Source: Callorhinchus milii
Lineage: Eukaryota
Direction: 5' to 3'
DNA length: 64,000 nucleotides
Assembly: GCF_018977255.1 (NCBI RefSeq)
Contig: NW_024704742.1
Span: 131,504,001 to 131,568,000 of the forward strand
Shown: in pieces, positions 38,675 through 51,621 of the stretch
Layout: the number at the start of each line of letters is the position of its first letter
Position numbering within the stretch: position 1 is the stretch's first letter
Program-made: the position numbers and the translations under genes
The notes under the pieces: model-generated
Told to the model about the DNA's origin: nothing
The model's database searches: none
Seen by the model: only the letters and a program-made list of their open reading frames with translations

Positions 38675-38995
38675 GTGGAGTCCTGTAGCTCAGTGATTAG
38701 AACACTCGCTTTGCAAGTGAGAGACCTGAGTTCAATTCCAGGCAGGGCAAAACCTTGGGCAAGTTTCCTTACTCCACACAGAGCCTAATAATAATCCCTC
38801 CAAAACCAAAAACAATAATAAATTGGTCAATTTCAATCTACGACTGTTTGTGGGACATTGCTGTGCGCAATTGGCTGCCACATTCGCCCCAAATATACAG
38901 TCAATTCATTTTACAGTGTGTTCTGTGAAGCGCTTTGGGACGTCCTCCCCACGTGAAAAGCGCTATATCAAATGCAAGGATTATTATTATTATTA
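38675..38995 (+). mobile_element. tRNA-Ala SINE subfamily A nested in a minus-strand DeuSINE (38405-39110), which is also split by an L2 tail (38504-38638)
   Basis: DeuSINE sequence resumes on both sides (atagtacca | tgggatcttt). Confidence 0.9.
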
Positions 38996-39149
38996 TGGGA
39001 TCTTTCTCGTGAAGCCTGGATCTCAGTTTAACATCTCATCCAAAGGACTGCACCTCCAACAATGCAGAACTCCCCCCAGCACTTCATTAGAGGGTCGTCT
39101 TAGACCATATGAGTTCCATGTCCTGACCCTACAAACGGGAGAGATTACA

Positions 39150-39315
39150 CAAGAACGTAAAAAACAGGAGCAGGAGTAGGTCATTCGGCCCCTCGAGCCT
39201 GCCCCGCCATTTAATAAGATCATGGCTGATCTTATAGCCTAATTCGATTTACCCGCCCTTTCCCCATATCCCTTAATCCCTTTAGTTTTTAAAAATCTAT
39301 TGATCTCAGTCTTGC
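39150..39315 (-). mobile_element. CR1-family 3' end (related short copy at 46370-46445)
   Basis: aggagcaggagtaggtcattcggcccctcgagcctgccccgccatttaataagatcatggctgatc. Confidence 0.75.
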
Positions 39316-40488
39316 AGTTTGCTTCTGTGCACCACAATTAGAGCTTGAATCCTATTTGTTCTGTGTGAGACAACACACATGACTGGTGAATCCTCTGTCC
39401 ACATGTAGTGACCTCATAATCCAGCAGACACCTGCAGTATGGCGCTTTGTTTATTGCTTTTCCAATTCACACTTCTAATACCATGCACCTCCAGTTTAGT
39501 CAATACTCTCTGGTGTATTGAGAACGTCATCAAATGCCATATAAACAACATCTCAAAAATTTTGTGTTTAAGATCCTTGTAGTCATCTTCAAGGCCCTCC
39601 ATGGTCTTGCTCCTTCCTACCTCTGTGACCTGCTAATCCCATATCAACCTGTCCACGCACTCCGCTCAGCAGGCTGTCAACCTGCTCCACATCCCCGGCC
39701 CGACCCACCATTACAGAATCAAGCTTCTTTTTAAATGAATCCAGCATCCTGGCCTCAACCACACTTCCTTGGTAACCTGTTCTGGTCGTTAATTACCCTC
39801 TGAGTAAAGAAAAACTTCCTGGTGTCTGTCCTTATCTAGTGTCCGAAAGCTGGGTTGTCTGTGGTGGGGCAAAGGATGGAACAGGGGACAGGTAGCAGCA
39901 AAGAAGTTAGTAAACCTTCCAGTGGCCTTTAGCAGAAATTCCACAAGATTATATTTCCTTCCAACCCCCAACCTTCCGCTCCCCCTCCACCCCACACACA
40001 CTACTGCCCTGGCTTCCATAAACGCACTGTAGTTCAAGAGAGTGTTCGGATTTCTACCTTATTAATTAGTGGTGGTGTGGGCCTGACACAGGGAGACAGT
40101 ATATGTAATACACTGCACTGTCCGACAACTGGTAAATAAAAAGTATTAATCACATCAACAAAGTCAACAAAAGGGAGCATTAAAGCACCTCATTGGGAAA
40201 TGGTAATCAGTCAGATATACTGTTACCACTGGAAAGACAAAGAGGATTAGAAGCAGTCAGTGACAGTTTATAACCTCAGAAGTATTGCAAATTGAAATTT
40301 TGATTCAAATGGGAAACATTAGATTACATGCACCTGCCCTTCATTGCGCTGTTATTTAAAATGGGTCACAAATGAGGAACATATTAACTATTGCGAGGGC
40401 AAGCTAGTAGCATTGGCTTCAGTCTGAACCGCTGTGTCTGTGATTAGAATCCTCGTGTTAGATACAGATTAGATTCCACGTTGGGACC

Positions 40489-42828
40489 AACAACAACAAC
40501 TTGCACTTATATAGCGCCCTCCAACCAGGGTAGCGTCTCAGAGCGCTTAACAGTGGTGGAGCCTCTCTCCGGGTGGGGAGGGGGGAGGTGGCTGTAAGCA
40601 TTGTCGAAGAGGAATGTTTTCAGGCTGCACTTGAAAGAAGCGAGAGAGGGGATAAGGTGGAGGATTGAGGGAGAAGTGTTCCAGAGTTTTGGGGCATAGT
40701 GGCTGAAAGCATGACCTCTGATGGTGGGGCTGAGGGTGCTAGGGATAATCAGGAGGTCGGTGCCAATTCAGCATAGGCGCTGGGTGGTGGATTGGTGAGT
40801 GAAGATGTTGGAGAGGTAGGGAGATGCCAGGGAGTGAATGGATTTGAACACGAGTGTGAGGATCTTGAAGTCGATCCATTCAGTGATGGGGAGCAAGTGG
40901 AGCCTGGGCCAGAACTGGTGAGATGTGGGTACAGAGTTTGGTCTGGGTCAGTATGTGGGCAGCAGAGTTTTGAATGAGCTGAATCTTGTGCATGGTGGAG
41001 CTGGGGAGACCAGCGAGGAGTATGTTGGAGCAATCCAGGTGGGAAGTGACAAACTCATGCACAAAGGTTTTGGCTGCATTTGGGGTAAGGTATGGTGGGA
41101 GGCGGGCAATGTTGCGGAGGTGGAAGAAGGTGGTCCAGGTGAGGGACCGGGTGTGGGGGAGGAAGGACAGCTGGAGGTTGAACTGGACACCTGGGTTGGG
41201 CACTGGTTCAGTGAGTCTGAGGGAGAACCCAGGGAGGTTGGGGAGTTTAGATCTACAGGAGAAATGACTCAGAATATATTGCAAAGTGAATTGATTGAAT
41301 TTTGTGGGAAAAATACAACAACAATAAAATTACATTTGTATAGCGCCTTTCACGTTGGGCGGACGTCCCAAGGTATTGGACAAGTGCCTCGGACCCAAAC
41401 TGGGCTTCAGGATCAGGGAGGGTGGATGGCAGGGGATGAAGGAGGGTGACTGAAGGTACGGTCGAAGAGGAGGTGTTTGAAACGGGTCTTGAAGGAAGCA
41501 AGGGAGGCGATGAGGCAGAGGAACTGTGGGATGGAGTTCCAGAGGGTGGGGGCGGAGTGACAGAAGGTCAGCCCGCCAATGGTGGGGAGGGCGAGGTGTG
41601 GGACTTCAAGCAGGCCGGAGCCCAATGAGTGGAGAGCACGGGAAAGTTGGTAGAGGGTTAGAAGGTCACAGAAGTAAGGGGAGCAAGGCTATGGAGGGCT
41701 TTGAAGGTGAGGACCAGGATCTTGAACTGTATCCTCTGTGTGATGGGAAGCCAGTGGAGTCGGGTAAGGATGGGGGAAATAAGGTCGCAGAGCCTGGTAC
41801 AGGAGTGGACACGGGCTGCAGAGTTCTGGATGGTCTACAGCCTATGGTGGGAAGAGTTGGGGAGGCCGACAAGCAGGGAGTGTGCATAATCAAGCCTGGA
41901 TGCTATGAATGTGTGTGTGAGGTTTTCAGCGGTTTGCGTTGTGAGCCAGTGCGGAGCTGGGCAATGTTGCAGAGGTGGGAGAAGGCAAAGTGGAACATGC
42001 CACAGATGTGGGATGGAAAGGATAGTTGAGGGTCAAACTTTTGTATAGCGCCTTTCACGTCAGGAAGACTTCCCAAGGAGCTGGACAGACAGAGTTACAG
42101 ACCCGAGCTGGGGGTCGGGGTGGAGAAAGGTGGAGGGCAGGGGGTGAAGCAGGGAGATCAAAAGTACGGTCAAAGAGGAGGGTCTTGAGGTGGGTCTTGA
42201 AGGTGGCGAGGGAGGGGGCAAGTCGGAGGGCTAGCGGGATGGAGTTCCAGAGGGTGGGTGCAGAAAGGCGGAAGGCCCACCCGTCGATAGAGGGGTGAGC
42301 AATAATAATAATAATAATAATCCTTGCATTTGATATAGCGCTTTTCACGTCTTCTCGACGTCTCAAAGCGCTTCACAGAATAGACTGTAAAGTGAATTGA
42401 CTGTATATTTGTGGGCGAAACGTGGCAGCCAATTGCACACAGCAGTGTCCCACAAACAGTCGTGGATTGAAAATTACCAATTTATTATTTTTTGTTTTGG
42501 AGGGATTGGAGTGAGCTGGTTCATCAGGTTCAAGTCTTTTCTGAGAGCATTGCAGAGATGGCTTCAGTAGCCACCACAGTTGAAGCTCACTGACCGATTG
42601 TTTCTGTCTCCCACCAACCAAGGTAGAGGATGTGAAGCAGGCTGGAGCCCGCTGAGTGGAGAGAGCAACAGGGTGGTAGGGGGTTAGGAGGTCGGAGAGG
42701 TAGTGGGGGAACAAGACCGTGGAGGTGAGGACCAGAAACTTGAACTGTTTCCTCTGAGTGGTGGGAAGCCAGTGGAGTTGGGCAAGGATGGCGGTGATAG
42801 GTCACGGAGCCTAGTACGGGAGAGGACA
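40489..42828 (-). mobile_element. Cluster of three L2 3' fragments (40489-41262, 41316-42025, 42035-42828), the last split by a SINE (42300-42505)
   Basis: L2 ORF2 C-terminal translations ([33 protein letters not shown]), each with its own tail. Confidence 0.92.
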
Positions 42829-43209
42829 GTCTAGTCCAGTAAACCTGTGCAAAGCGTTTAATGGAGAGAATGAGGATAGCAGCACAAGGCTAACAGAACA
42901 GTTTGCAAATGTTTTCAATGGAATCTCCCCTGGCGGTAATTATGATTCATGCACATATATAGACAGATAAGAGGAAATCCTTTCAAAACCTAATTATTAG
43001 GACGGAGATCCAAATGGGAGGATTGATCACCTGCCTGACAGTATTTACCGTGATGCTGACCCTGTGGCTTAATATACATTCAAATGACAGGTAGATCATT
43101 AAGGACCATTCCATCTGGCCACAAATGTGGCACAAAGAGAGAAGTGCTTGTAAAGCATTTCCGCCAGAGCTCTTTTTGGGGATGTGAAACAAAGAGACAC
43201 ACAGGTTCA

Positions 43210-45301
43210 AACAACAACAACAACAACAAGATTCCATTTATAAAGCGCCTTTCACGTCAGGAGGACGTCCCAAGGCGCTGCACAGTTGGGTCATGACCCG
43301 AGCAGGGGGGAAATGGTCAGGGTGAGGGGAGGGAAGGGAGGGAGCGAGGAGGGGGGAAATGGTCAGGGTGAGGGGAGGGAAGGGAGGGAGCGAGGAGGGG
43401 GAAGAGAGTCGAGAGGGGAGCTGAAGGCACGGTCAAAGAGAAAGGTTTTGAGACCGGCCTTGAAGGAGGAAAGGGAGGAAGCAAGGCGAAGGCACTGGGG
43501 GATGGAGTTCCAGAGCCTGGGGCTGAGAGGCTGAAGGCCCGACCACCGATGGTAGGGCGGTTGGGGCGGGGGACGTGGAGCAGACCGGAGCCAGAGGAAC
43601 GGAGGGTACGGGCAGGTAGGTAGGGGGATAGTAGGTTGGAGAGGTAGGAGGGAGCAAGGCCGTGAATGGCCTTGTAGGTGAGGATGAGGATCTTGAAATC
43701 AATCCTCTGGGGGATGGGGAGCCAGTGGAGGCGAGCGAGGGTGGGAGTGATGTGGTCCCGAAGCCTGGTGCGGGACAGTACACGAGCTGCAGAGTTCTGA
43801 ATGACCTGCAGCTTGTGGAGGGAGGTGGCGGGAAGGCCGGCGAGGAGAGAGTTCCCATAGTCCAGCCTTGAGGTGACAAAGGCGTGAACCAGGGTTTCAG
43901 CAGCGTGAGGGGTGAGGTAATGCCGTAGTCTGGCGATGTTCCGGAGGTGATGGAAGGCGGTGCCAGTTGTGGTGCGGATGTGAGGGAGAAAGGACAGCTC
44001 AGGGTCGAACAAAACGCCGAGGTTCCTGACTGGCTTTGAGAGGTGGAGAGTGCAGCCTTGGATGCTGATGGTGTCAGCGCCTGAGGTGCGGAGGCGCTGA
44101 CGTGAGCCAATCAGGAGGGCCTCGGTTTTTCGCACGTTGAGCTGAAGAAAGTTGTCTCTCGTCCAGGACTCGATGTCGGACAGGCAGGCTGTCAGGACAT
44201 CGGTGGTCGTGGAGTTGAGAGTAGAGGAGGAAAGGTAGAGTTGGGTGTCATCCGCATACATGTGGAAGTTAACTCCATGTCTGCGGATGATGTCACCAAG
44301 GGGGAGCATATAGAGGGTGAAGAGGAGGGGACCGAGGACAGAGCCCTGAGGGACACCACATGAGACAGTGCGGGGGGTGGAGGAGAAGCCATTCGTCGAG
44401 ACAAAGTGAAGACGGTGAGAAAGGTACGACCTAAACCATTCAAGGACAGTGCCTTGAAGGTTGAGGTGGGAGGACAAGCGGTGGAGTAGGATAGCGTGGT
44501 CGACCGTATCGAATGCTGCCGATAGGTCGAGGAGGACGAGGAGACAGAGGGAGCCCTGGTCACAGATGGTCAGGATATCATTGGTGACCTTGACCAGGGC
44601 AGTTTCTGTGCTATGGGCAGCACGGAAACCTGACTGAAGGGGTTCGAAAAGAGAATGGGTGGAAAGGAAAGAGCGCAGTTGGGAGGCGACAACTCTTTCC
44701 AAGACCTTGGAGAGAAAGGGGAGGTTGGAGATGGGCCGGTAGCTTGATAGCTGCGACGCATCAAGGGAGGGTTTTTTCAGGGTGGGCGTGATGATGGCAG
44801 TTTTTAATGGAATGGGGACAGAGCCAGAGGAGAGGGACAGGTTGATGATGTCAGTGATATGTGGGGCAAGAAAGTGGAGCTGGGAGATAAGGAGTGGAGT
44901 GGGGATGGGGTCAAGGGAGCAGGTGGTTGGTTTTAGGGATAGGATGAGTTCAGTGACAGAGGGTGGGGAAACGGGTACGAAGGTGTGTAGGGGAGGATGG
45001 GTAGGAGTCGGAGTGTGGGAGGGAAGGGGTGGGTGGTGGGTGGAAGTTGGAGGGGAAGTGACCGCGGAGCGGATTCCCTTGATCTTGGATTCAAGGAAAT
45101 CCAGCATCTCCTCGCAGTGAAGGTTGGAGGAGATGACCTGCGCGGGGTGGCGGGGGGGACGGAGGAGTCGGGTTGTGGTGGAAAACAGTAGCCTGGGGTT
45201 GTTCTTCGCCTCCAGGATTATCCTGGAGTAGAAGGACGACTTGGCCGAGGCTAGAGTGGAGCGGTAAATTTTGAGGAGGTCCAGCCAGATTTGTCGGTGG
45301 C
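43210..45301 (-). mobile_element. Young 5'-truncated L2 LINE with an uninterrupted RT domain
   Basis: Frame open from ~45299 ([10 protein letters not shown]...) through [41 protein letters not shown] and YADD (44247-44258); one 1-bp frameshift at ~43520; no APE domain; (TGT)n tail. Confidence 0.98.
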
Positions 45302-45544
45302 ATTTAATGGGAATAAGAGAACCGAGGTGTCACCTTTGAAAGATGAGGCTTATATGACACAGTCAGAAACCTGGAATTCTCAATGATCTGAGCCTTAAAA
45401 CGATTGACTGAAGATTGAAGATCATGCAAAGTTTGGGAGATTCTTATTTTCAGTCGTACATTGGACCTTTCCGCAGTTCTTAAAAATAGTGTCATACTCA
45501 TGCTGTTGCGGATGCTCTTCTGAGATTGTATAATAAAAAATTAT

Positions 45545-45990
45545 AATCAAAATAATTGTTGCATTTGATATAGCGCCTTATCATTGAGATGTCCCAAAGC
45601 AGTTCGCAGAAAATGTTGTAAAGTGGATTGACAGTGTATTTTGTGGGTGAAATGTGGCAGCCAATTGCACACAGCAGTGTCTCACAAACAGTCGTGAATT
45701 GAGTTTTTTTTGAGAGATAATTACCCCTGGAAAGCGATCCTCCAATCGACTAACAACTGGGTTTCTATAACTGCTAGGTAAACAGAAGCTTGTGGAGTAA
45801 GGAAACTTGGCTAAGGTGTCGCCCTGCCCGCGAATCAAACCCAGGTCTTCGGTCTGTGGTTGGTGCAGATCAGAGAGAGAGAGAGAGAGAGAGAGCTTTG
45901 TGTTTAGAGCACTTACCTCGCTAGCAAGAGGACCTGGGTTTGATTCTCGGGCAGCGTAAAACATTGGGCAAGTTTCCTTACTCCATTCGT
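45545..45990. mobile_element. SINE B (minus, 45545-45850), (GA)n at 45872-45894, and a SINE head (plus, 45900-45985)
   Basis: Head-to-head SINE pieces separated by a GA microsatellite. Confidence 0.8.
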
Positions 45991-46502
45991 CTCTTATTAT
46001 TATAATGACAACTATCCGATAAGTGCCCAAATTAGGAATGTATCCATTGCCCAGCATTAAGCTCACTCACTTTGATTAGCACAACAACAAAAACAACTTG
46101 GATTTATATAGCTAACTTTGCGGGTCTCGAGGAACTTAAATATCAGCATGAAACACATTGCAAAACAAATCCACCACCTGTCTAAAAAAAGTTCCAAAAT
46201 AAAAATGACCAGAATTTATAGAATTTACTCCATGGTTGTTAACCACATACAGTGGTCCCATCTTTTTCTCTGGTTGGAATAAATTGAATAAAGGCCCCAT
46301 GATGTATTTTTGATTGTGTTGTCTAAGCTGACATTCAAATGCAGTACTGGGGATGGGGGTGTGTGCAGTTTACATAGGAACAGGAGTAGGCCATTCAGCC
46401 CCTTGAACGACATTCTATTAGATTATGGCTGATCGGTACCTGATCTGCAATTTTTACCATAATTATTTTAGCATTATTATTTCCCACTTCACCAGCCCAA
46501 AG

Positions 46503-47142
46503 AATCCTGTAGCTTAGGGATTAGAGCACTCGCCTTGCGAGCGAGAGGACCCGAGTTCGATTCCTGGCAGGGCAAAACGTTGGGCAAGTTTCCTTACTCC
46601 ACACGCCCCTGTTTACCTAGCAGTAAGTAGGAAGCTGATTGTTAGTCAATTGGCGGATTGCTTTCTGGGGGTAATAATCTGTTCAAAAAAAATAATAATT
46701 TGTTCAATCCACGACTGTTTGTGGGTCACTGGTGGGCACAATTGGCCGTCACTTTTCACCCATAAAATATATAAAATAATATAATAAACCTTGCATTTGA
46801 TATAGTGCTTTTCACGTCTTCTAGACGTCTCAAGGTGCTTCACAGAATATACTGTAAAGTGAATTGACTGTATATTTGTGGGTGAAATGCGGCAGCCAAT
46901 TGCGCACAGCAGTGTCCCACAAACAGTCATGGATTGAAAATGACCAATTTATTATTGTTTTGTTTTGGAGGGATTATTATTAGCTGTGTGGAGTAAGGAA
47001 ACTTGCTCAAGGTTTCGCCCTGTCTGGAATTGAACCCAGGTGTCTCGCTTGCAAGGTGAGTGCTCTAATTACTGGCTACAGGACTCCATGGTCAATTCGG
47101 TTATACAGTAATACGATATCAAATGTAAGGATTATTTTTATT
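46503..47142. mobile_element. SINE B (+) interrupted by a full-length SINE A (minus, 46776-47088)
   Basis: B copy resumes at 47091 gtcaattc...atcaaatgtaaggattatt. Confidence 0.9.
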
Positions 47143-47577
47143 AATCCTGGGGCTCAGAAGAAGTTGTGTATATTTTAACCCTGAACCATGGATGTATCCA
47201 AACAACCATGGAAAAAAAAAACCCTATCTCCTCAGTATATGGTCCTGCAAAATCATGCGCAATCGAAATGTACAACTCACAAAATTCCTACAAGTCTGCA
47301 AACATTCGAAGACCCAAAGCAGACAAGAGGCAGCTTTACTTGCATTGTCCACTCTCATTATGCACTCAATCCCATCACTTTATTGACAGAGTCATTGGGC
47401 AACCAGCAATGAATACATTTTTCTCACACTTGAAGGCTCTTTAACCAATTATTTAGCATTCCATTCCAAGGGCATAATTATTTCCCTTATTGCCTACAGA
47501 GCAGCATCGGCAGGAGGCTTCAACCTTCTCTCAGTGATATTGACAGCAACAAAATTAAACCCTAATGAATTATTTTG

Positions 47578-47990
47578 TGTCAACCTTGCTCAGTTGGTAG
47601 AGCTCTCGTTTCTGAGTTAGAAGATTTTGGGTTCAAATGCCACAACAGTACTTGGAACCCATATAGTCTATACCGACACCCCAACACAGTGCTGGGGACG
47701 TGCTGCATTGTTGGAGGTGCTGTACTTTGGATGAGACATTAAACCGAAGTCCCATCTGCCTTTCCAGGTGGATGTTGAAGATCCCCTCGGTACTATTCGA
47801 AAGTCAAAGGAATTTATCCCAATGTCCAGACCAAGAATCCCGTTTGTGGCACATTGCCGGGTGCAAAATTGGCTGCTGCATTTGCCCACAAAATACACAC
47901 AGCCACAGCATTTTACAGTATATCCTGTGAAGCGCTTTGAGATGTTTGATGACATGATAAGGCACTATAACAAATGCAAGAATTATTATT
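47578..47990 (+). mobile_element. Full-length DeuSINE (SacSINE1-like)
   Basis: tRNA-like head gctcagttggtag...gggttcaaat; Deu core gctgcattgttggaggtgc...ggatgagacattaaaccga...caggtggatgttgaagatccc; tail shared with the Ala-SINE. Confidence 0.85.
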
Positions 47991-50067
47991 AGATTTTAAG
48001 GGCAGGACGTTTCGTCCGCATTAGTGCAGATGACCTCAGGTGTGCATACCATCTGATCATATGCTCCAAAATATATTTCTTCAATTGAGTTTCATTGAGG
48101 AGGATTTTCCATGGATCCATTGTTTAAGAGGGCCCATTCGCATACACCCGAAACAAGGCAACAAATAGAAACATCAATAGCATCATGTTGCATTGAAATG
48201 CATTTTAAAATAGACTGCAGAACCAAACAACAGGGCATGAAGTTTGCGATGTTTCATAAAATATTTGATTCATTACAAGTTACAACGCAACTTACATTTG
48301 TAGCGTACGTCTAAAAGTCTAAAAGACCTTAACGGTTTGGAAGCCGAAGGGGGTGGTGAGAGGAGGGTGAAACATTGGGCAAGTTTCCTTACTCCACAGA
48401 CCTGTGTTTACCTCGCAGTAAGTAGGAACCCAGTTGTTAGTCAATTGGCAGATCACTTTCTGGGGTAATAAACCCTCCAAATTTTTTTTATAATTTGGTC
48501 ACTCAACCCACGACTATTTGTGGGAGACTGCTGTGTGCAAATGGTTGCCGCGTTTAGCGCACAAATATACAATCACTGCACTTTACAATTTACACTATAT
48601 ACGTGAAGCTCTTTGAGACGTTTCAATAACGTGATATGGCGCGGTATCAACTGCAAGGAATATTATTATTATTGTTATTATTGTGATAAATTATGCTGAA
48701 TCATACCGAACCCTGTCACAATATGGCACCAATTTCACCCTAATAATCAGTAACAGAAGAAGCAGAAAAATGTTTCTACCTACTAATATTCATACAACAT
48801 ACTAGAGATATAATAGCAAAAAATGCAACATGTGATCATTTCACAGTGATATTACTTGAGGCATCTTCCCCTCAATATTATAACTCTTAAATACCAGATT
48901 AAGTATTGAGTATTGTATATGGGGGGGAAACATTTTATCTGAGAGCTCTTCCTTTTGAATTAAACTAAAAAGCAGGAGTATAAATCCTTCGTTTTAAAAT
49001 GTATTGCTCTATGTAGAGTGAGCTCGTTCCAGATTTTATTCTGCAGGAGATAATTTAGGAAAACACAATTACTTGCAAGGAAGGAAGGACTTGCATTGAA
49101 TGCTGAAACAACTGCAGACTTTGGAGATGGGGAAAAAAAGTCTCATTTCATTTCATGTATAAAACACTGTTATATTGGTGCCAGTCACTCCTATGGCAAT
49201 GGCTTGTGAACCATTTAAAAATAATTGTCAACATGATAATGGTTGTACCACCTCGCTGGATTTATCTGGAGATCTTCCACAGAACCCATTTAAATATTAA
49301 TAATTAATAACAATGATAATAATTCCTTGCATATAATATAAGGCCTTATCACACTGTTGAAATGTCTCAAAGTGCTTCACAGAATATTTTGTATATTTTG
49401 TGGACAAAACATGGTAGCAATGTCCCACAAACAGTCATGGATTGAGTGACCAAATTATTTATTTATTTATTTTTTGGAGGGATAATTACCCCCAGAAAGC
49501 CAATCGATTGACACAAGGGCTCCTACTTAAATAGAAGTGTGTGGAGAAAGGAAACTTGCCTAAGGTTTCGCCCTGACTGGGAATTATTGCCAATATTACT
49601 AGTCATAATCTAACCACAATAACAATTTATATAGTGCCCTTCACATAGGGTAGCATCTCAGAACGCTTAACTAAGTGGCGATTAACCAACAGTTTAGGTT
49701 CCACCTATTACATAACAATAGATTAAGTTATCCAACCATAGTATATTTACTGCATCCTTTCTAAAACATGTCTGACTTGAGAATTAAAACAAATAGGACA
49801 GATTATACGAATGTTTTAAGAACTCATTTCAAAACTAGATTTTTTTTTGCTTGTTCAAGCTTATAGCCTGTTTGCAAAGAGAAGGGAGATTCTCCTGGTG
49901 TCCTGGTTAACAATCCCCGAGAGAAAAAAATGTTCATTTACTTCGTAGTTCTTTAGGGCATATTGCTGTGCTCAAATTCGCTGTTGCATTTGCCTGCAAA
50001 TCACACATTATTATAGCATTCCCAACTATCTCCCGATTTTGCCAATTGTAAGTGTTAAATATATCCA

Positions 50068-50384
50068 TGGAGTCCTGTAGCTCAGTGGTTAGAGCACTCG
50101 CCTTGCAAGCAAGATACCTGGGTCCAATTCCAGGCAGGGTGAAATCTTGGGCAAGTTTCCTTACTCCACACGACTAATAATAATCCCTCCAAAAAAATAA
50201 TAAATTGGTCATTTTCAATCCACGACTGTTTGTGGGACATTGCTGTGCGCAATTGGCTGCCGTGTTTTGCCCACAAATATACAGTCACTTCATTTTACAG
50301 TCTATTCTGTGAAGCGCTTTGAGACATCTAGAAGACGTGAAAAGCGCTATATCAAATGCAAGGATTATTATTATATTATTATTA
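50068..50384 (+). mobile_element. tRNA-Ala SINE subfamily A (gagac..agaagacgtg tail variant)
   Basis: Full head, no B internal segment, (ATT)n tail. Confidence 0.95.
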
Positions 50385-51621
50385 TGTAGCAGCTGATGAA
50401 ATCTTCACCCAAGCTTCATCTAATGCTTTCCTAAACATGTTATTGGCAAGTGTGAAACAATGCCTTCATAATTATTCTCTCACTCTTTTCCCCCCTGTTC
50501 CATCCTTGTGGGAATGCACCTAGCTGTTGCTTTGTGCTTCCCCACAGCAGCGCAGTTCAAATTAGCAATGCAGCAGTCGCAGGTTTGCCCACAGGATTCC
50601 ACAGCCCGCAACTCAGCTCCACTGCAAGACTGCATTCCAGGCTACTTGCTTCTAAACGGGAAGCTTTTAAATATCTTTTTCTTAATTTGCGTCTCTTTCC
50701 CTACCTCTGCTTTCCTGTTCTTTTCACACTTCATTTATGGAAATGCTATCTGCGCGATGCATCCCTTGGGATCATGTATATTTGGTTGTAATCCTTTGTT
50801 TACAGGACTGGAACCACTATAAGATATACAATTCTGCCTGCTTCAGTGTTGATTTCCTAGAGGAATCCAATTTTGAGCTGTATTCGGGTAGAAAGGTTCA
50901 CTTCATGTATCCCAGGCAAACATTTAATCTGTACTCTCGGCTTAGTCCTTAGTTCATTAATCCTTTCTTCCTGACTTGTCCACAAAGGGCTGGGAGTTCT
51001 CTTCCCTTGTTAAACTATAGTTGGTGGCTGTGGGCAAGGAATAATCCCCTGTCCACCCTCAGCTAGTTTTAGGATCTGGAGCTAATTGATGAAAGTTGAG
51101 TCGGATTCAGTTGACAGACTCCCAGGAGTGCTAATATCTGGCAGTAAAATGATTGCAAACTGCACAATGTTTTTCTCTGCATTGATGTTATTTAACGTTA
51201 TTTAGCATATTGTGTCCAACAGCAATATGCTTTGTGGGTCAATTTATAATTATTCTAAAACGTAGTGTCTTGGGCGAGAGGGTTGCTGCCATCTTATAAA
51301 CACATTCAAAAATGCCCTTTTTTGCTCATTGATGTCAGCAAATGCATATTAAACAGGGATGGGAATTAAATGCAATTGCATTAAAGTATGCTTAGCAGTC
51401 TCTCAGAAAAGAAGGAATAAGTGTACTGAGCATCTCTCTGCTTAGAAGTAAATCTTCGTTTTTGCCTTTTGCTAATCTTGCAAAAAGAATTGAACAGATT
51501 TTAGTTTCCAATGCAGTGCCACAGCAGTGACTCAGCAGTTATAATAATAATTATAATAATAATCCTTGCATTTGATATAGCGCCTTACCACCTAGTTGAG
51601 ATATCTCAAAGCACTTCACAG

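Noticed and set aside
43433..44110. 225-aa Ser/Pro-rich alternate-frame ORF and antisense ORFs over L2 copies
   Set aside because: By-product of C-rich L2 codon usage; interrupted in the other copies
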